Shown: one piece after another, positions 39,031 through 56,690 of the stretch
Layout of the letters: the number at the start of each line of letters is the position of its first letter
Position numbering within the stretch: the stretch's first letter is position 1
Source: Octopus vulgaris
Taxonomy: Eukaryota
Direction: 5' to 3'
Assembly: GCA_951406725.2 (NCBI GenBank)
Contig: OX597826.1
Span: 53,444,001 to 53,508,000 of the forward strand
Length of the DNA stretch: 64,000 bases
Made by a program: the position numbers and the translations under genes
The notes under the pieces: generated by a model
Databases searched by the model: none
What the model was told of the DNA's origin: nothing
The model's input: the letters and a program-made list of their open reading frames with translations, nothing else

Positions 39031-39389
39031 TATCATTATCTGCATCCTCATCCAATATACACATTGCTAACACTATATACAAACTGTAAAGCATTTCTGT
39101 ACTTACTAGTTTTTGTCTGATGTTGTTATTGTCTTTTGTTTCATAAAGATACAATAACAAGAGAATGAGATAGTAAGTGAAGGTAATAAAACAATTGAAA
39201 GCTAGTGATACATCTACTTAGTCATCCATCCTTCTGAAGAGGAAAACAAAACTCTTCCTAAAAAATCTAGTCTTTAAAGAATCACCCAAAACTATGATCT
39301 ATATTTAAGATATCTTAATATACATGAGATAATTATAGCTTAAACACTAACCAAATGGTAAGTTTAAATTGTACAATCAAAACATTAGT

Positions 39390-39850
39390 GTAACAGTCCA
39401 GACCATAAGATAGTAGCTAGGTCATAATTCCTTTCATAAATAATATCAAGACAACAAATAGTTCAGTGTTTCAACTAACAGCAGATTGATAGTCCAGCTC
39501 ATAAATAACAGCAGATTATTATAGTCCAAATCATAAGGTAACAGCAGATAATACTTAGGCTCATATGATTATTATAACATTAAAGCCCATATTTCTTATA
39601 TGATGGAAGATGAATAGCATAGATCATAAGTAAACAGCAGAACAATAATCAAGATCATATAATGTTGTATGAAAATAAAAACCCAGTAACAGCAGATGAA
39701 TAGGCCAAGTCTTAAGATAACAGTAATCATAGTAATGTTGAAGGAAATAATTTAATGGAAGGATAATATTCTAGATCATAAGATAATGTTAACTCAATAA
39801 TCAAGGTAAATAAATTTGCAGGATAAGATGGCAAAATTCAGATTATGATA
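39390..39850. repeat. Degenerate ~30-bp minisatellite
   Basis: Recurring unit TAACAGCAGAT(G)AATAGTCCAGATCATAAG. Confidence 0.7.
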
Positions 39851-41902
39851 TTTTTAAACTTCTTCAGAGAATGTTAAAAAATATTTCCTGGAATTTTTTT
39901 CTTTTGATAAATAATTAAAGCATTGTCATCATTGCTGTAGACATCATTATCATCACCACCATCATCACTTAACATTTGTTTTGACATACTGGAAATAAAT
40001 GGTAAAAAAAAGTCTGTCATGTTCGCAGAAGGTATGGATTTGTGTCCTATGAGCAGTCTTCAACTTTTTCCCATTCAAAGGATTTTTTTAAACCCAATAT
40101 TCTACATACTATTAACTACTTCAAGTTCTATCATTTAAAATGATTTATTTCATATCTCTTGAAGTTTCAAAATTCTTATGAAGTAAAAAAAAAATAGTTA
40201 TAATCAATATTACATATTTATCTAGATTTATAACATAAAATCATTTCAGAGACCTTGTAAACTTTAAAATCTTTTTATCTTTTTCTCACACTTTTTACCA
40301 TCATAATGATATTAAAATCATAAAAACTTAATTCATTCTTTTCTACAATATTGGACTAATATAAAAAGTTTAAACCATTTTAATTTTATAAAACTGGCAA
40401 TTTGTCTACCCCTTTCTAACCTTAGTGAGCTGTTTAAGGGTACCTGGCCACTGCAACGACATGAGAATCACTAGAAGAGAGGACAACTGTTTAGAGTATA
40501 AACCTATTTTATATCAATCTGACTGATCTATGATACAGACTTCCAGCTTTAAAGTGTTCTAAATTAAAACTTTCCATCAAAATTTCATGTTTATTTATGT
40601 TCCAAATACTAGCTTAACAATGATCAAGTTACTTTACCAAATTCTTTATTTTACAAATCAATTGATAAATAAGCAACGCATTTCAACAGAAATATGGCAA
40701 TGAAAGAGTTAATATGATTTTATTTTTTAGATCCAGACTTTAATTATCGTATACCTGTTTATAACATTTTGATGAAAAACAAAGGTGATGATGATGATGA
40801 TGATGTAGTTAGTAATAATACAGAAATAGTTCAAGTAAACGTCCCCCCTTCAACAATTAGCTTTGTACTTGGGTTAAAAAAAATCAATATTGACAACTGC
40901 TTAATTACTCTTATAGCTACAGTAGTGAGATGAAAAGATGGTATTTGCACCTTTGCTAGATGCCATTTCTGCATTGATAGAGTTATGAGGAGTATAAAGG
41001 TCAATGCTTAACTTTTTCCTTCTTTTTTTGTGTTAATCACTTGCTTCTGTCAATAATTATGCATTTTCCAACAGATACAAACTAAGTTGCATCAGAATGA
41101 GGTGCAGCATCATTTTCAGGTAAGAGTGAACCTCGGATACTGTGGAGTAAATATGTGTAGTACAAGCTTGTAAGGAAGCAACTAGTACCCTCAATAATTA
41201 AAGATGCATACATGCATATCCACCCAGGCATACATACCTTTATCCAGCAAACATATACAGGCACACAAGCTTATACCTATACAAACACACACAAGTGAAT
41301 GATCAGAATGAGGAAAAATGTAAATTATAGATGTGGACCAATAAAGGAAATAAGATATAATTGACATTCATATTTAAAAAAAATAATATGTATGTATATG
41401 TATTTGTTGCATAAAATATAATTATGCACAAAGAGACACATATATATATCACATTATATTCTAATATTATATATCAGTAGCACTATTATGAATTTTTAAT
41501 ACGATTTGAGAAATACATCAAGACTTGCTACCAAAAACAAAAAATAAAAAATATAAAAGCCAAAAATGAAATTTACAAATACTGCATGAGAATACCCTAA
41601 CAGTATTTACAGAACATAGCGTTGTTATTTTTTTCTGGGACATATTTATAAGTTATCTGTCAATGTCTTTAGAGAAATATTTGTGTATGAGATAGATGAT
41701 TGTCATATTCTATAACTGACATAGTGATATTAATTCAATAGCTTTATCAGTGTAATTCCTTATCTTTCCACCTTATCTCTATTACATTATTGTCACAGAG
41801 AGAAAAAAAAAATGTCAGATTTATTATTTTTTTATCTAGTGATCGAGCTGCGTTATTACTATTATTATTATTATTATTATCCTTATTATTATTCAGTTGT
41901 CA

Positions 41903-42405
41903 TATTTTTATGTTCTTTTATCGCACTATTGAGTGCAGCTCTGTGTACCTTGGGTATATGTGCAGTTTGTTTACATGTTGTTATTTTTATTATATTAAAA
42001 GTGTTTTACATAAAATTGTGTGGCAACTAGTAGAAATATTTTTCTGAATGTCACACATATATATATATAACATTCAGAAAAATATTTATATACACACATA
42101 CGTATATGTATAAGTGCTGGCATTTGCTTATGTATTTGTCTGCATGTTTTTTGACTATATCTAAAGCACCTAATATTAAGGGGATTATTTCTTATGGGGT
42201 TGATAAAATAAAGTATCGATGAAGTACTGGAGCTGATGCTACTAATTTTTTTTACTTATGTGCTTTTATTGCACTATTGAGTGCAGTTCTGTATGCTTAG
42301 GGCATGTGCTGTGGTTTGTTTTCATGTTGTTATTTTTATTATATTAAAAGTGTTCTACATTAAAATTGTGCAGCACCTAACAGAAACATTTTTCTGAATG
42401 TCATA
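41903..42405. repeat. ~150-bp direct repeat pair (41903-42052, 42253-42403) with an 18-bp-arm hairpin at 42033-42087
   Basis: GCACTATTGAGTGCAG..CATGTTGTTATTTTTATTATATTAAAAGTGTT..TTTTCTGAATGTCA occurs twice. Confidence 0.88.
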
Positions 42406-42599
42406 TATTATTATTATCATCATCATTATTTTCATTGATTCAGCATTTCATTCTTGTTCTACTGGAATTAGATTACTAGATATTGAGTAGCATACCACAA
42501 TTTTAGTAGTCCTGTTCTTATAGTCATTGTTGTGTCAATTCATCTTGATTCTTCTTATATATAACAAATTCAGCTTGTTGCTGGAGGTGTCATCAATGT

Positions 42600-42835
42600 A
42601 CCATCTGTTCACTTCTTGTCAACTTTAAGGTGGAATGTTCTATTCAAGCCTTGAGGATTTTACAGAGATTTCTTCTACTTCCAAGTAATGCTATTTTCTG
42701 ACTGTGCTCTATTTTTTTTTATGCATATCTACTCCAATCGTTTAAAAATGTTTTTTGCTTACTGTACCTAAGGCACCAACAATTGATTATTGGCACAAAA
42801 TACTCCTTTTTTTCTTGACCAAAACATTTTAATTT
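42600..42835 (-). mobile_element. R4/Dong-like non-LTR 3' fragment adjoining (TAA)n
   Basis: VPII..VGALGTVSK and IEHSQKIALLGSRRNLCKILKA* on the minus strand. Confidence 0.72.
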
Positions 42836-42836
42836 C

Positions 42837-42918
<82 letters not shown>

Positions 42919-43129
42919 GATTTATATTATGTACAGGTATGACAATGTAATTAAGAAATTTGTTTTGCAATCAAGGGGACCTGGGTTCAATTTCTACCAT
43001 AGTATTGAATTGAGAAATTAGTGTAAGTTCATAGATGTAAAATCTGCAGAAACTTGTATATATGTGTGCATGTATGAGAGAGAGAGGGGGGAGGGGAGGG
43101 AGAGAGAGAAAGAAAGAGAGAAGAGGGAG

Positions 43130-43179
<50 letters not shown>

Positions 43180-44387
43180 GAAGGTTCCAAAAGTTGGTAT
43201 ATCAAAGGAAATTCAGTTCTGCATTGGTTGTCTCCACAATGCCTGGCTGACTTCATCTTTTGTTCTCCTCCAATGTTGGTAAAATATGTGCCAGAATAGA
43301 TCAATATAGAATGACTGTAATCCAATGACTAAAACCAGTGATAGAATATATGTGTGCATGTGTAGCTTTTTCTTATAAATGTGTGTTGTTGGATTACTTG
43401 TGACATCAAAAAGAAATTGTATTAAGGATTTGCTCAATTCGACTAAACTTCATTTTTACCCCTTTCTCAGTTCCTCTTGCACATTTCCACATGATAAATC
43501 TATGTTTATTGCTCAGTACACAGAGGGGAAAACCTAATCAGCACAAACACAATTAGGAAATAATAAAGAATAAATGTAATGGTGTTATAATTAGTTATCA
43601 GTAATTAATATATGATAGGAATAATTATAAAAAAAAAAATAATAATACAGATTGTAAAAGAAACAAAAATTTCTTTAATGTCATTATTTTATATTTCATT
43701 AAAAAGTGGCTTATTTGATAAACCTATTAGCTAACTAATTACACACAATATTCTTTTTTGCTTGCCAACATTGGTGAATTGTTTGTCTGATCTGTTTTGA
43801 CAAAACTTAGTAAAGACAATCATGACATACAGAACAAACCAAAAGTTGCATTACACATTTTCAGCAACAAAATATAATAAAAATGTTTCATCGATCTCTT
43901 ATTGAAAATAAAATTTGATAAAACTGATTGCACTGAAATATATTTATTTATAAAACTTTGGTGTTTTAAAGGTGTTGAGGTCATAGGTGAAGAATGTCTC
44001 TCTGAGTTTTACTGTATGCTTGTCTGATTTCATATTTTTTCTATCTTTAGTTTTGTTGTTGAGTGATGGTTAGTGTGAAGAAGTTAAATTAATAGAAAAA
44101 TCTAAGGATAACAAGTTCCAAAAGTAATATACCATATCCCAGAAAATGAATAATAAAGATGTAAGTTAGAGGAAAATGTTTGAGTTATCCCAGAAAATAA
44201 TTGCAAATTTTTACAGACTCAATATATATATTAAAAAAGGGAAACACTCATGATAAGAAACCCTCGTATTCAAATCTTGTTGCTCATAATTATGGTAAAT
44301 AATGAAATGTCTAAAATACTTTATAGATAAGGGTAGGATAGAAAAAAATGGTGCTACTATATCATTTTAATATATATATATACATAC

Positions 44388-44578
44388 ACTATTTATTAAA
44401 GCTGAAAAAAATCTTAAACTATTACTCCAAGTTTTATGTGACCATTTGTCAGAAGGTTGTGATGATACTGAGTATCAGTGCAACTGTAATGTGAAACTCT
44501 GAGTAACAGTTTGCGAAGATATTTTTTGGCTTTAATAAATAGTATACTACTCTACCTTTGGTATTCAAGTACTATTTG
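44388..44578. mobile_element. Inverted pLTR-like / MITE-like element
   Basis: ACTATTTATTAAAGC..GCTTTAATAAATAGT inverted ends; the extension is homologous to 53940-53988. Confidence 0.6.
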
Positions 44579-46409
44579 TATGTGTGTGTGTATGTGTGTG
44601 TGTGTGTGTGTGTGGAAGGGCTAAGAAATTTTTGGTTTGGTTTGCATTTAGCCTATCACGGTTAGTCAAAGGCAACTAACCAAGGAGACAAAGAACTCTA
44701 ACAGAGAAGCCTGAGTGATGTTGGCCATTGAGTTTGCGGCAAACATTTGCACCAACATCCTGACATCAGCATTTCCAAAAATGTTTGGATGGTCCTACAC
44801 TAGCTTTTACTACTGAAAACGAACCCTCTGTGTGAGTAGTCTAATGGCTAAAATATTGGCTGTTAAATCCCTATAAATCGAAGTTGGAAGGAGACTCCAT
44901 CTACTACATATATATAGAATAACTAATGTGATACCTCAAAGCAATTACTGAAATCTGGCTTTCCCAAAAGTTCCTTGCAATTATCAACCAAAGATAAAAT
45001 AATCGTTGATTAAAAAAATATTCTAAACATCCACCACTGTCTTACTTAAATAATAAATTAGATATATAATTACTGGTTAATTAAGATGTTATGGAATTTG
45101 TACACTTTGTCCTAATAAACATTACACTAGACTATTGGGTAAGACACTCTAATCTGTCTAATTATTCCACAAAACAAGTACCAAGTTTTTACTATAAATG
45201 ATATGCAAATATTTACATAATACATGCTAGAACACATACTGTTAATTATTATTGAAATCTAAATATAAATTAGAAAAGACAGGAAAGGGCAACAATGAGT
45301 AAATACCACAACAATAGTATTTAAGAATATACGATCAGTTTCTTCAAATTGTATATCTAGAAGCAACATTACTAAACTGTTGTCCCCCGACAAAACACAG
45401 CAAGTCAACTTGCTGTGTTTTGTTTGGAGGATGAATGTTGGAATTCCTTCGACCATGGCTCATACATAACTACTAATATGATCTTGGAAAATTTTCAACT
45501 TTTCATAATGCATCAACCTAGGAAACACAATAAGTTAAAAAAAAATTTGGATAATTTCAGTTTTTTTTTTTTTCAATTATTTCTTTCTTGTTTTTTGACT
45601 GACTGCATTTTGTCAGAGGAAGGCAATTTAGATATCTCTATCTTTAATTCTAGCCAAGCCTATTTTAGTACCAGCTGGGTACTGTGGTACCTGGTAGCTT
45701 AAAGACTCGACACATGATTGATATAAATAATCAAATAAAAACTATATTGATTGATCAATATATACTGAATGCCATATATAATCATATATGGGAAACTCCT
45801 CTATAATATGTACACAAGGTTTTTAGCAGTATAAAAATATATGATGAGTATATCAGCCCAGGTGACACCAAATCTATTTTACAAAATAGATATGGAGAGA
45901 TGAAATGTTAATTATGATGCTCTAGGTCCTTCATAATTGTAAACCTTCAATCTGTAACCTCCTCACTCACCCAACACAGAGTGTATAAATTGCTATAGGT
46001 TCAGAAACTGTCTCTAAAGCTCCAGATAATATATAATATGCTATTATATATAAGACTTCCACATTCTTTCAAAAATAATGCATGTTGTCTGCACATGCAT
46101 ACATTGGCATACATGTTCATATGTGCAGGTGTATAAGTAGGTGCATACTAACACAAACACAGATAGAATACATGTATATTGCAATTTGAACTTCTTTGTG
46201 AAGTGGTTCATGAAAGACTGGAGACATTGTAAGAGAGAGAGAGTTGTCTCTCTCTCTCTCTCCTACAATATTTTGCTGAATACAGGGTAACCTTTTTAGT
46301 GCTGGTGCCATAATAATATGCACCCAGAACACTCTGTAAAATGGTAAGCAAATAAACAGAGACATCATAAGGTGAAGAGAACTAATTCATCTTTTCTTGA
46401 CGAAGACAT

Positions 46410-46632
46410 GACAACCTCTCCAATGCCTGTGCCATGATAAAACACACCCAGCAAACTCTGTAAAGTGATTAGTAAGGGCACAGGCAGCATGCCAAAATCT
46501 TCAAATAAGTCATGGTGTTCTGGTCACACTCAGTAGGGCAATGCCTAAGGACAAGAACTGACTCAGACTGACAACTTTCTCAATCCATGCCAGCATGGAA
46601 AGTGGAGGTAAAACAATGATGATGATGATGAA
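46410..46632 (+). mobile_element. Diverged family C element
   Basis: CCATGCCAGCATGGAAAGTGGA..(GAT)n tail. Confidence 0.65.
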
Positions 46633-48399
46633 GATAGTACCAAGTGTTTTCAAGTTTTTTAATTTTAAATGAGTAAAATGATTTAAACATCAAATTAAAT
46701 ATAATAATATGCAAGACTTATTATGAAATAAATAAAGAAATGTATTTTCTATTCTTATTCTTTCTAAAAGAGCATAGGAGAGCAACATGCATACACATAG
46801 ATGCCTGTATAAACACATGGCAAATGAATTTCTTTGAGTGGTATTGCATGTTTTCCAGTTTTATTAGATGTATAAAACAAATTCAAATATGAAATTAAAA
46901 ACAATAATGACTTAGACTTATTAGAAAATAAATTAAATGAGCTATTTTTAATTCTTTCCCCTCATAAATTAGTTTAGTGAGAGAAACACATTTTAATAGA
47001 TTTTTTTTGAGTGGGTGTGTGTCTTTTTTTTTTCTCCATAATTAAGTAGTGTTTTGGACTTACTGAGTATCATCATATACACTGACTGAAGGGTTATTTT
47101 CAGAAAAATTAAAGTCGAATTGATCACAGAACTTTCAAGAAATGATATTTTTGAACTTGCCAAGCAGATGAATGAAAGAATATACATGAAAATAAATATT
47201 GCAAATCAAAATTGAAAGTTGATGAATAGAATGAAAAAAAAAAAAATTGCAAAAGATGAAAATGAAGGAAAAATATTAATATGAAAGAGAAAAAAGGAGT
47301 AGGGAAATAAGATACCAAGAGAGAAAGAGAGAGAAAGAATGTAAGGGAATAAAAGAGAGAGAAAGAGAGAGAGAGAGAGAGAGTGGGGTGGGGCCAAAAA
47401 AATCCAAGCAAATTCAACATTTAACTCACTGGTAAAATATGTAAGACTGCAATATTGTGACTATGATTATAGAAACAAGAGAGCAATACTGTCTGTCTGT
47501 CTGTCACTCCATCCTGTGTATTGACTACGCATATTGACAAATATGTGTCTCCAGATGACATGGTAGAAGAGATCATTAAAAACAATTTACTTGTAATTCC
47601 ATTATTTACCACTTGGTAGCCTCACTGTAACAGAACATATATATTGGCACAATTCCTTTCTTAGGACAAGGACAGACAAGAGAGAGAGAGAGAGAGAAAA
47701 AAAAATTACTTATTAAAATGTCTTTGGTTAGAGAGCTTCACACATTGCTAGCTTTCCTGTATGATACAAGACTGGGGGAAAATATTACAAAACAAAAAAA
47801 AAATCAAAAACAAAAAAAATATGAAAAGTATATTTCTAACAAGGTAAATGAGATAAAAAAGAAAGAGAGAGAGGAAGGAAACTGAGAGAGAGAGAGAGAG
47901 GGAAGATGCCAATTCTGATGGGACAGGGGCAAGAATGTTAAACTGAAGATGTTTTATCAAAACTTCTAAACAGCAGTTATAATAAAAAGGAGAGGGCCAA
48001 AATAGTTCTTCTAGCAGTCTCTTCCTGTTTTCTCTCATTTAGTGCACTAGAATAGCAGAAATGGTAAAAAATAAATAATGAAATTTGAGTTAAATTTGAC
48101 AAATTGACAATTTGATAAAAACACAGCCTATTTTTCGAGAATTCCTTGGAAATTTTTAACTGTTTCAAAATGAATAGGGTTGATATCTTCTGAGACACCA
48201 GTCGAATGATTATAATGGTGTATGAATGCATAGGTTTGTATACATAAATATATACATACATATATGTATTTCTCTTTCTCTCTCTCTTCACACACACACA
48301 CACACACACACGAATAAGTACATGTATAGATGTGTACAAACATACATATTTATATACATATACATACAAACACATGCACATATACACATATATGTATTT

Positions 48400-52466
<4,067 letters not shown>

Positions 52467-52480
52467 GTTGTGATGTTGAT

Positions 52481-52655
52481 CTACTTATTTAATCCTATAA
52501 TATCTCCATTACTGTCAAAATCCAGGGCAAGAACTTCATCAATTGGCATTCGGTCACGGTCCTTAAGCACCTGACAGATCCTCTCCCAGCGATGCCGGTT
52601 GGCATACACGGCGTCTTCGCAATCTTTACATTCGATAAACATTCTTCCTAGAACA
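52481..52655 (-). CDS. PDE2A: PDE2A-like last coding exon (stop TAG at 52483-52481)
   Basis: TTTTACAG | (N)[57 protein letters not shown]; 175 nt, completes the phase-2 codon; N-R-x-x-W end-of-PDE-domain motif. Confidence 0.93.
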
Positions 52656-52846
52656 CTGTAAAATAGAAAAAATCAGAATTGTTTATATAAATTTTACAGA
52701 AACGAAACATGAAGTGCAATTTATTTGGGAAAAACATTTACATTTATGTATATACATAGAAAAATATCACCAATGCAAAAAGAACATGCATATGGAGGAA
52801 ACGAAATTAGGGCGATCGAAGGCGAAGCCCCTCTCAGAATTAAAAT

Positions 52847-53190
52847 CATCATCATCATCATCATCATTTAACATCCGCTTTCCATGCTAGCATGGGTTGA
52901 ACGATTTGACTGAGGACTGGTGAACCAGATGGCTGCGCCAGGCTCCAATCTGATCTGGCAGAGTTTCTACAGCTAGATGCCCTTCATAATGTCAACCACT
53001 CCGAGTGTGTAGTGGGCGCATTTATGTGCCACTGGCATGAGGGCCAGTCAGGCAGTACTGGCAACAGCCACACTCAAATAGTGTTTTTTACATGTCACCT
53101 GCAGAGAAGCCAGTCCAGTGGCACTGGCAACGACTTCACGTGGATGGTGCTCTTAGCAATCCAGTAGGATGGATGCCAGTCATCGAATTT
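52847..53190 (-). mobile_element. Family C element in the last PDE2A intron
   Basis: Near-identical to 14370-14577. Confidence 0.86.
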
Positions 53191-53467
53191 GATTTTGATT
53201 TTGTCTTATATGATATGTTTTTAAAATGGGTGCAAGTATAGATATATGAAGAATTTCTGTGATACCAAAAGTTCAAAAGTATAAACTTATCTATACAAAT
53301 ACCTATATGTATGCGTGCGCGCGTACACACACACAAATATAAATATATATGATTGATGCAACACAACTAGATGCACAATATTCTACCCCTAAGGGACAGC
53401 TGTAGGATGGGTCAAAATGATCATCATGCTGAATAGAGATTTGTACTAAATGCACCTTCCATTTCCC

Positions 53468-53855
53468 TCTTTTACTTGTTTCAGTCATTTGACTGTGGCC
53501 ATGCTGGAGCACCGCCTTTAGTCGAGCAAATCGACCCCAGGACTTATTCTTTGTAAGCCTAGTACTTATTCTATCGGTCTAACTTGATGAAACTGCTAAG
53601 TTACGGGGACGTAAACACACCAGCATCGGTTGTCAAGCGATGTTGGGAGGGACAAACACAGACACACACACATATATACATATAAATATATACAATGGGC
53701 TTCTTCCAGTTTCTGTCTACCAAATCCACTCACAAAGCTTTGGTCGGCCAGAGGCTATAGTAGAAGACACTTGCCCAAGGTGCCACACAGTGGGACTGAA
53801 CCCGGAACCATGTGATTGGTAAGCAAGCTACTTATCACACAGCCACTCCTGCACC
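53468..53855 (-). mobile_element. SINE family A
   Basis: Reverse complement of 2696-3114. Confidence 0.9.
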
Positions 53856-53861
53856 TATCAT

Positions 53862-53905
<44 letters not shown>

Positions 53906-54414
53906 GGAGTAAACACATAAATGTGAAACAAGGTGGAAAAAAGAGTACTCAAATACCAGTGGTAGAGTAATATGCTTTAAATAAAGTATATATATATATT
54001 ATATATATTATATATATTATAAATATACATGCACACATATATATTATGCATGCACATAAATACATATGTATTTAAGTATACACATATAAATAGACACAGA
54101 CACACATGCTCAAAGGCATGTTCAAATTGTTTGTTATTCAATACAGTGGTGAAATTATTACCTTGCTTACAAACAGGTGAGGGTTGGCATTTACGAAGGG
54201 AATCGGACCATAGAAAATTTTGTCGCAAAGAAGTACTATCTAACCCATGCAAGCATGTAAAAGTAAGATGTTAAAACGATGATGATGATATAAGATATGA
54301 TATAGGTATACATAGTATGTATTGCCATTTGCATAGAAGCTTAGGAAGTTCAGTTACAGGCAAATGGTTTCATGTGACACATTGATAATATGGACAGTGA
54401 GATAGTGATACGAA

Positions 54415-54734
54415 AGCGCATGGCTCAGTGGTTAGAGTGTCGGGCTTACAATCATGAGGTTGTGAGTTTGATTCCTGGACCAGGATGTGTGGTGTGTTGT
54501 GTTCTTGCACAACACACTTTATTTCCCATTGCACCAGTTCACTCAGCTATAGAAAATGAGTTGCGATGTCACAGGTGCCAAGCTTAATTTGCCTTTGCCT
54601 TTCCCTTGGATAACATTGGTGACATGGAGAGGGCAGGCTGGTATGCATGGGTGACTGCTGGTCTTCCACAAACAATCTTGCCAGAACGTATGTCTTGAGA
54701 TAGTGATTTATCACAATAAGACGATAAATGTACC
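54415..54734 (+). mobile_element. SINE family D
   Basis: GCGCATGGCTCAGTGGTTAGAG A-box, GAGTTTGATTCC B-box. Confidence 0.8.
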
Positions 54735-55018
54735 CAGGGGCATAGCTAGGGTGGGGCAAACTGGGCACATGCCCTGGGCGCCACTTTGAGGTTGATGCAA
54801 TTTTGGCCAACATAATTTTCTAATTAAGCCATTAAAAAAGATTCTAAAACCATTTTTCAGGCATGGTTTGTTTTGCTTATCACCATCCATGCCACTGGGC
54901 AGAATAAGTGTTCTCACTTGACTTCACGAAATGCATGTGCTGCTTTTTGGTTGGGATAGGGGAAGGGCCACAGTTTTGGTGCTTGCCCTGGGCACCATTT
55001 ACCCAAGCTGCATCCCTG
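54735..55018. mobile_element. hAT-like MITE
   Basis: CAGGGGCATAGCT / AGCTGCATCCCTG TIRs; 8-bp TSD AATGTACC/ATTGTACC. Confidence 0.78.
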
Positions 55019-55152
55019 ATTGTACCCCATTACATTACTGGCACACTGATGTACCATTGTAACACTGTGATACGCAGCAAGAACTTTGACATTATATGTG
55101 AATAAAAGAGACTGATATACAATAACGTTGACACAATGATATTTATACTTAC

Positions 55153-55298
55153 TTGAAGACTGGCAAAGCAATATTATCTAGAAAACTAATTTGTTGTTCT
55201 GGGATCTTTGCACGTTCTCTGTCCATCATTTCTATTGGTTTGTGACCCAGAGCTTTTTCAAGGTCACCCTGAGAGAAGAATTCCTGGTAAATCAGTCC
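55153..55298 (-). CDS. PDE2A: PDE2A-like exon with invariant substrate-binding Gln
   Basis: TAG | [48 protein letters not shown] + AA | GTAAGT; 146 nt; EFFxQGD motif and QISF. Confidence 0.97.
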
Positions 55299-55494
55299 CT
55301 AGGAAAGACAACATAATATTAACCCTTTAATATTCGGATTGCTTTGTCAAATATAATATCTATCTATTTATATTGTTTTGAATTAATCATGCATTATCTT
55401 GTAGAGATTTCAATGATGTGATTGTTTAGTGTTAGAATGACATTGTAGAGTTGAGGTGAGAGGCTGGATCTGGCCAGTTTTGACATAAAACAGG

Positions 55495-55830
55495 TCGAGC
55501 AAATTGACCCCAGGACTTATTCTTTGCAAACCTAGTACTTATTCTATCGGCCTCTTTTGCCGAACTGCTAAGTTACGGGGATGTAAACACACCAGCATCG
55601 GTTGTCAAGCGATGTTGGGGAGACAAACACAGACACACATATATATATATATACATATATACGACGGGCTTTTTAGTTTTTAGTTTCCGTCTACCAAATC
55701 CACTCACAAGGCTTTGGTTGGCCCGAGGCTATAGTAGAAGACACTTGCCCAAGGTGCCATGCAGTGGGACTGAACCGGGAACCATGTGGTTGATAAGCAA
55801 GCTACTTACCACAGAGCCATTCCTGCACCT
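55495..55830 (-). mobile_element. SINE family A
   Basis: Reverse complement of the family A consensus. Confidence 0.88.
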
Positions 55831-55859
55831 ATATATATATACACACACATATAACGCAC

Positions 55860-56560
55860 TCTCTTATCAGTTTCCACATATGAGGATCTGACAATCAACT
55901 CTTTCTTTGTCAGTCACAATGCTTATGTTGAATGTGAGATTTGAATCCTGCCAATGATTTTCAAAAGAAGCTGCCAAATGTTGCAGGTATGAGCATCATG
56001 GGTCAGTGCAGGTGGTATATTTGCAGCTGCTTTTCTCCTTTGTCTTGCACCCCTAAACCTGTTAACGCTGGTTAAAACAAAGTCTCTTATACCATTTTGA
56101 GACAATGATCTCCATTGTGTTTGCTCCAAGGATGTCTGCTCAAAGGTATTGTGAGCTATTGTAAGGCGGCGAGGTGGCAGAAACGTTAGTAAGCCAGGTG
56201 AAATGCATAGCCGTATTTCGTCTGTCGTTACGTTGTGAGCTCAAATTCCGCCGTGGTCGACTTTGCCTTTCATCCTTTTGGGGGTCGATAAATTAAGTAC
56301 CAGTTACGTACTGGGGTCGATGTAATCGACATAATACCTATCTCTGTCCTTGTTTGTTCACTCTATGTTTAGCCCCTTGTGGGTAATAAAGAAATAGGTA
56401 TTGTGAGCTATATTGACTGCTGAGAGGTTACTCTTCAGCTTGACCTTGTATCTAAGCTATGGTTGACCAATATCCCTGTGCCCACTATGAAGCTGGCTGT
56501 GCATGAGAACTTTAGGTTTTCTTTCATCACTCATTCTGACAGCATGGCCAGCCCAGCACA
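55860..56560 (-). mobile_element. RTE-BovB-like LINE 3' end interrupted by a family B SINE (56162-56399)
   Basis: CWAGHAVRMSDERKPKVLMHSQLHSGHRDIGQP*LRYKVKLK..FEQTSLEQTQWRSL..RQRRKA..CNI..IG..SH; SINE TSD AGGTATTGTGAGCTAT. Confidence 0.82.
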
Positions 56561-56690
56561 ATATGTGTGTGTGTAATGTAATTTTCCAAAATTTGTATGT
56601 GTATATACCAAATCACTATGAACTTTTATCTGCTGGATGTTCTTGGTTTCTGGCTATATTTATATAATTTTGTTCTTTCTCTTGTATAAA

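Noticed and set aside
54415-54480. tRNA-like sequences (also 60180-60252 and SINE A/B heads)
   Set aside because: A/B boxes run into SINE bodies; no complete cloverleaf or acceptor stem
55872-55935. Imperfect hairpin resembling a pre-miRNA
   Set aside because: Pairing is short and bulged, and it lies in the 3' end of the BovB-like LINE
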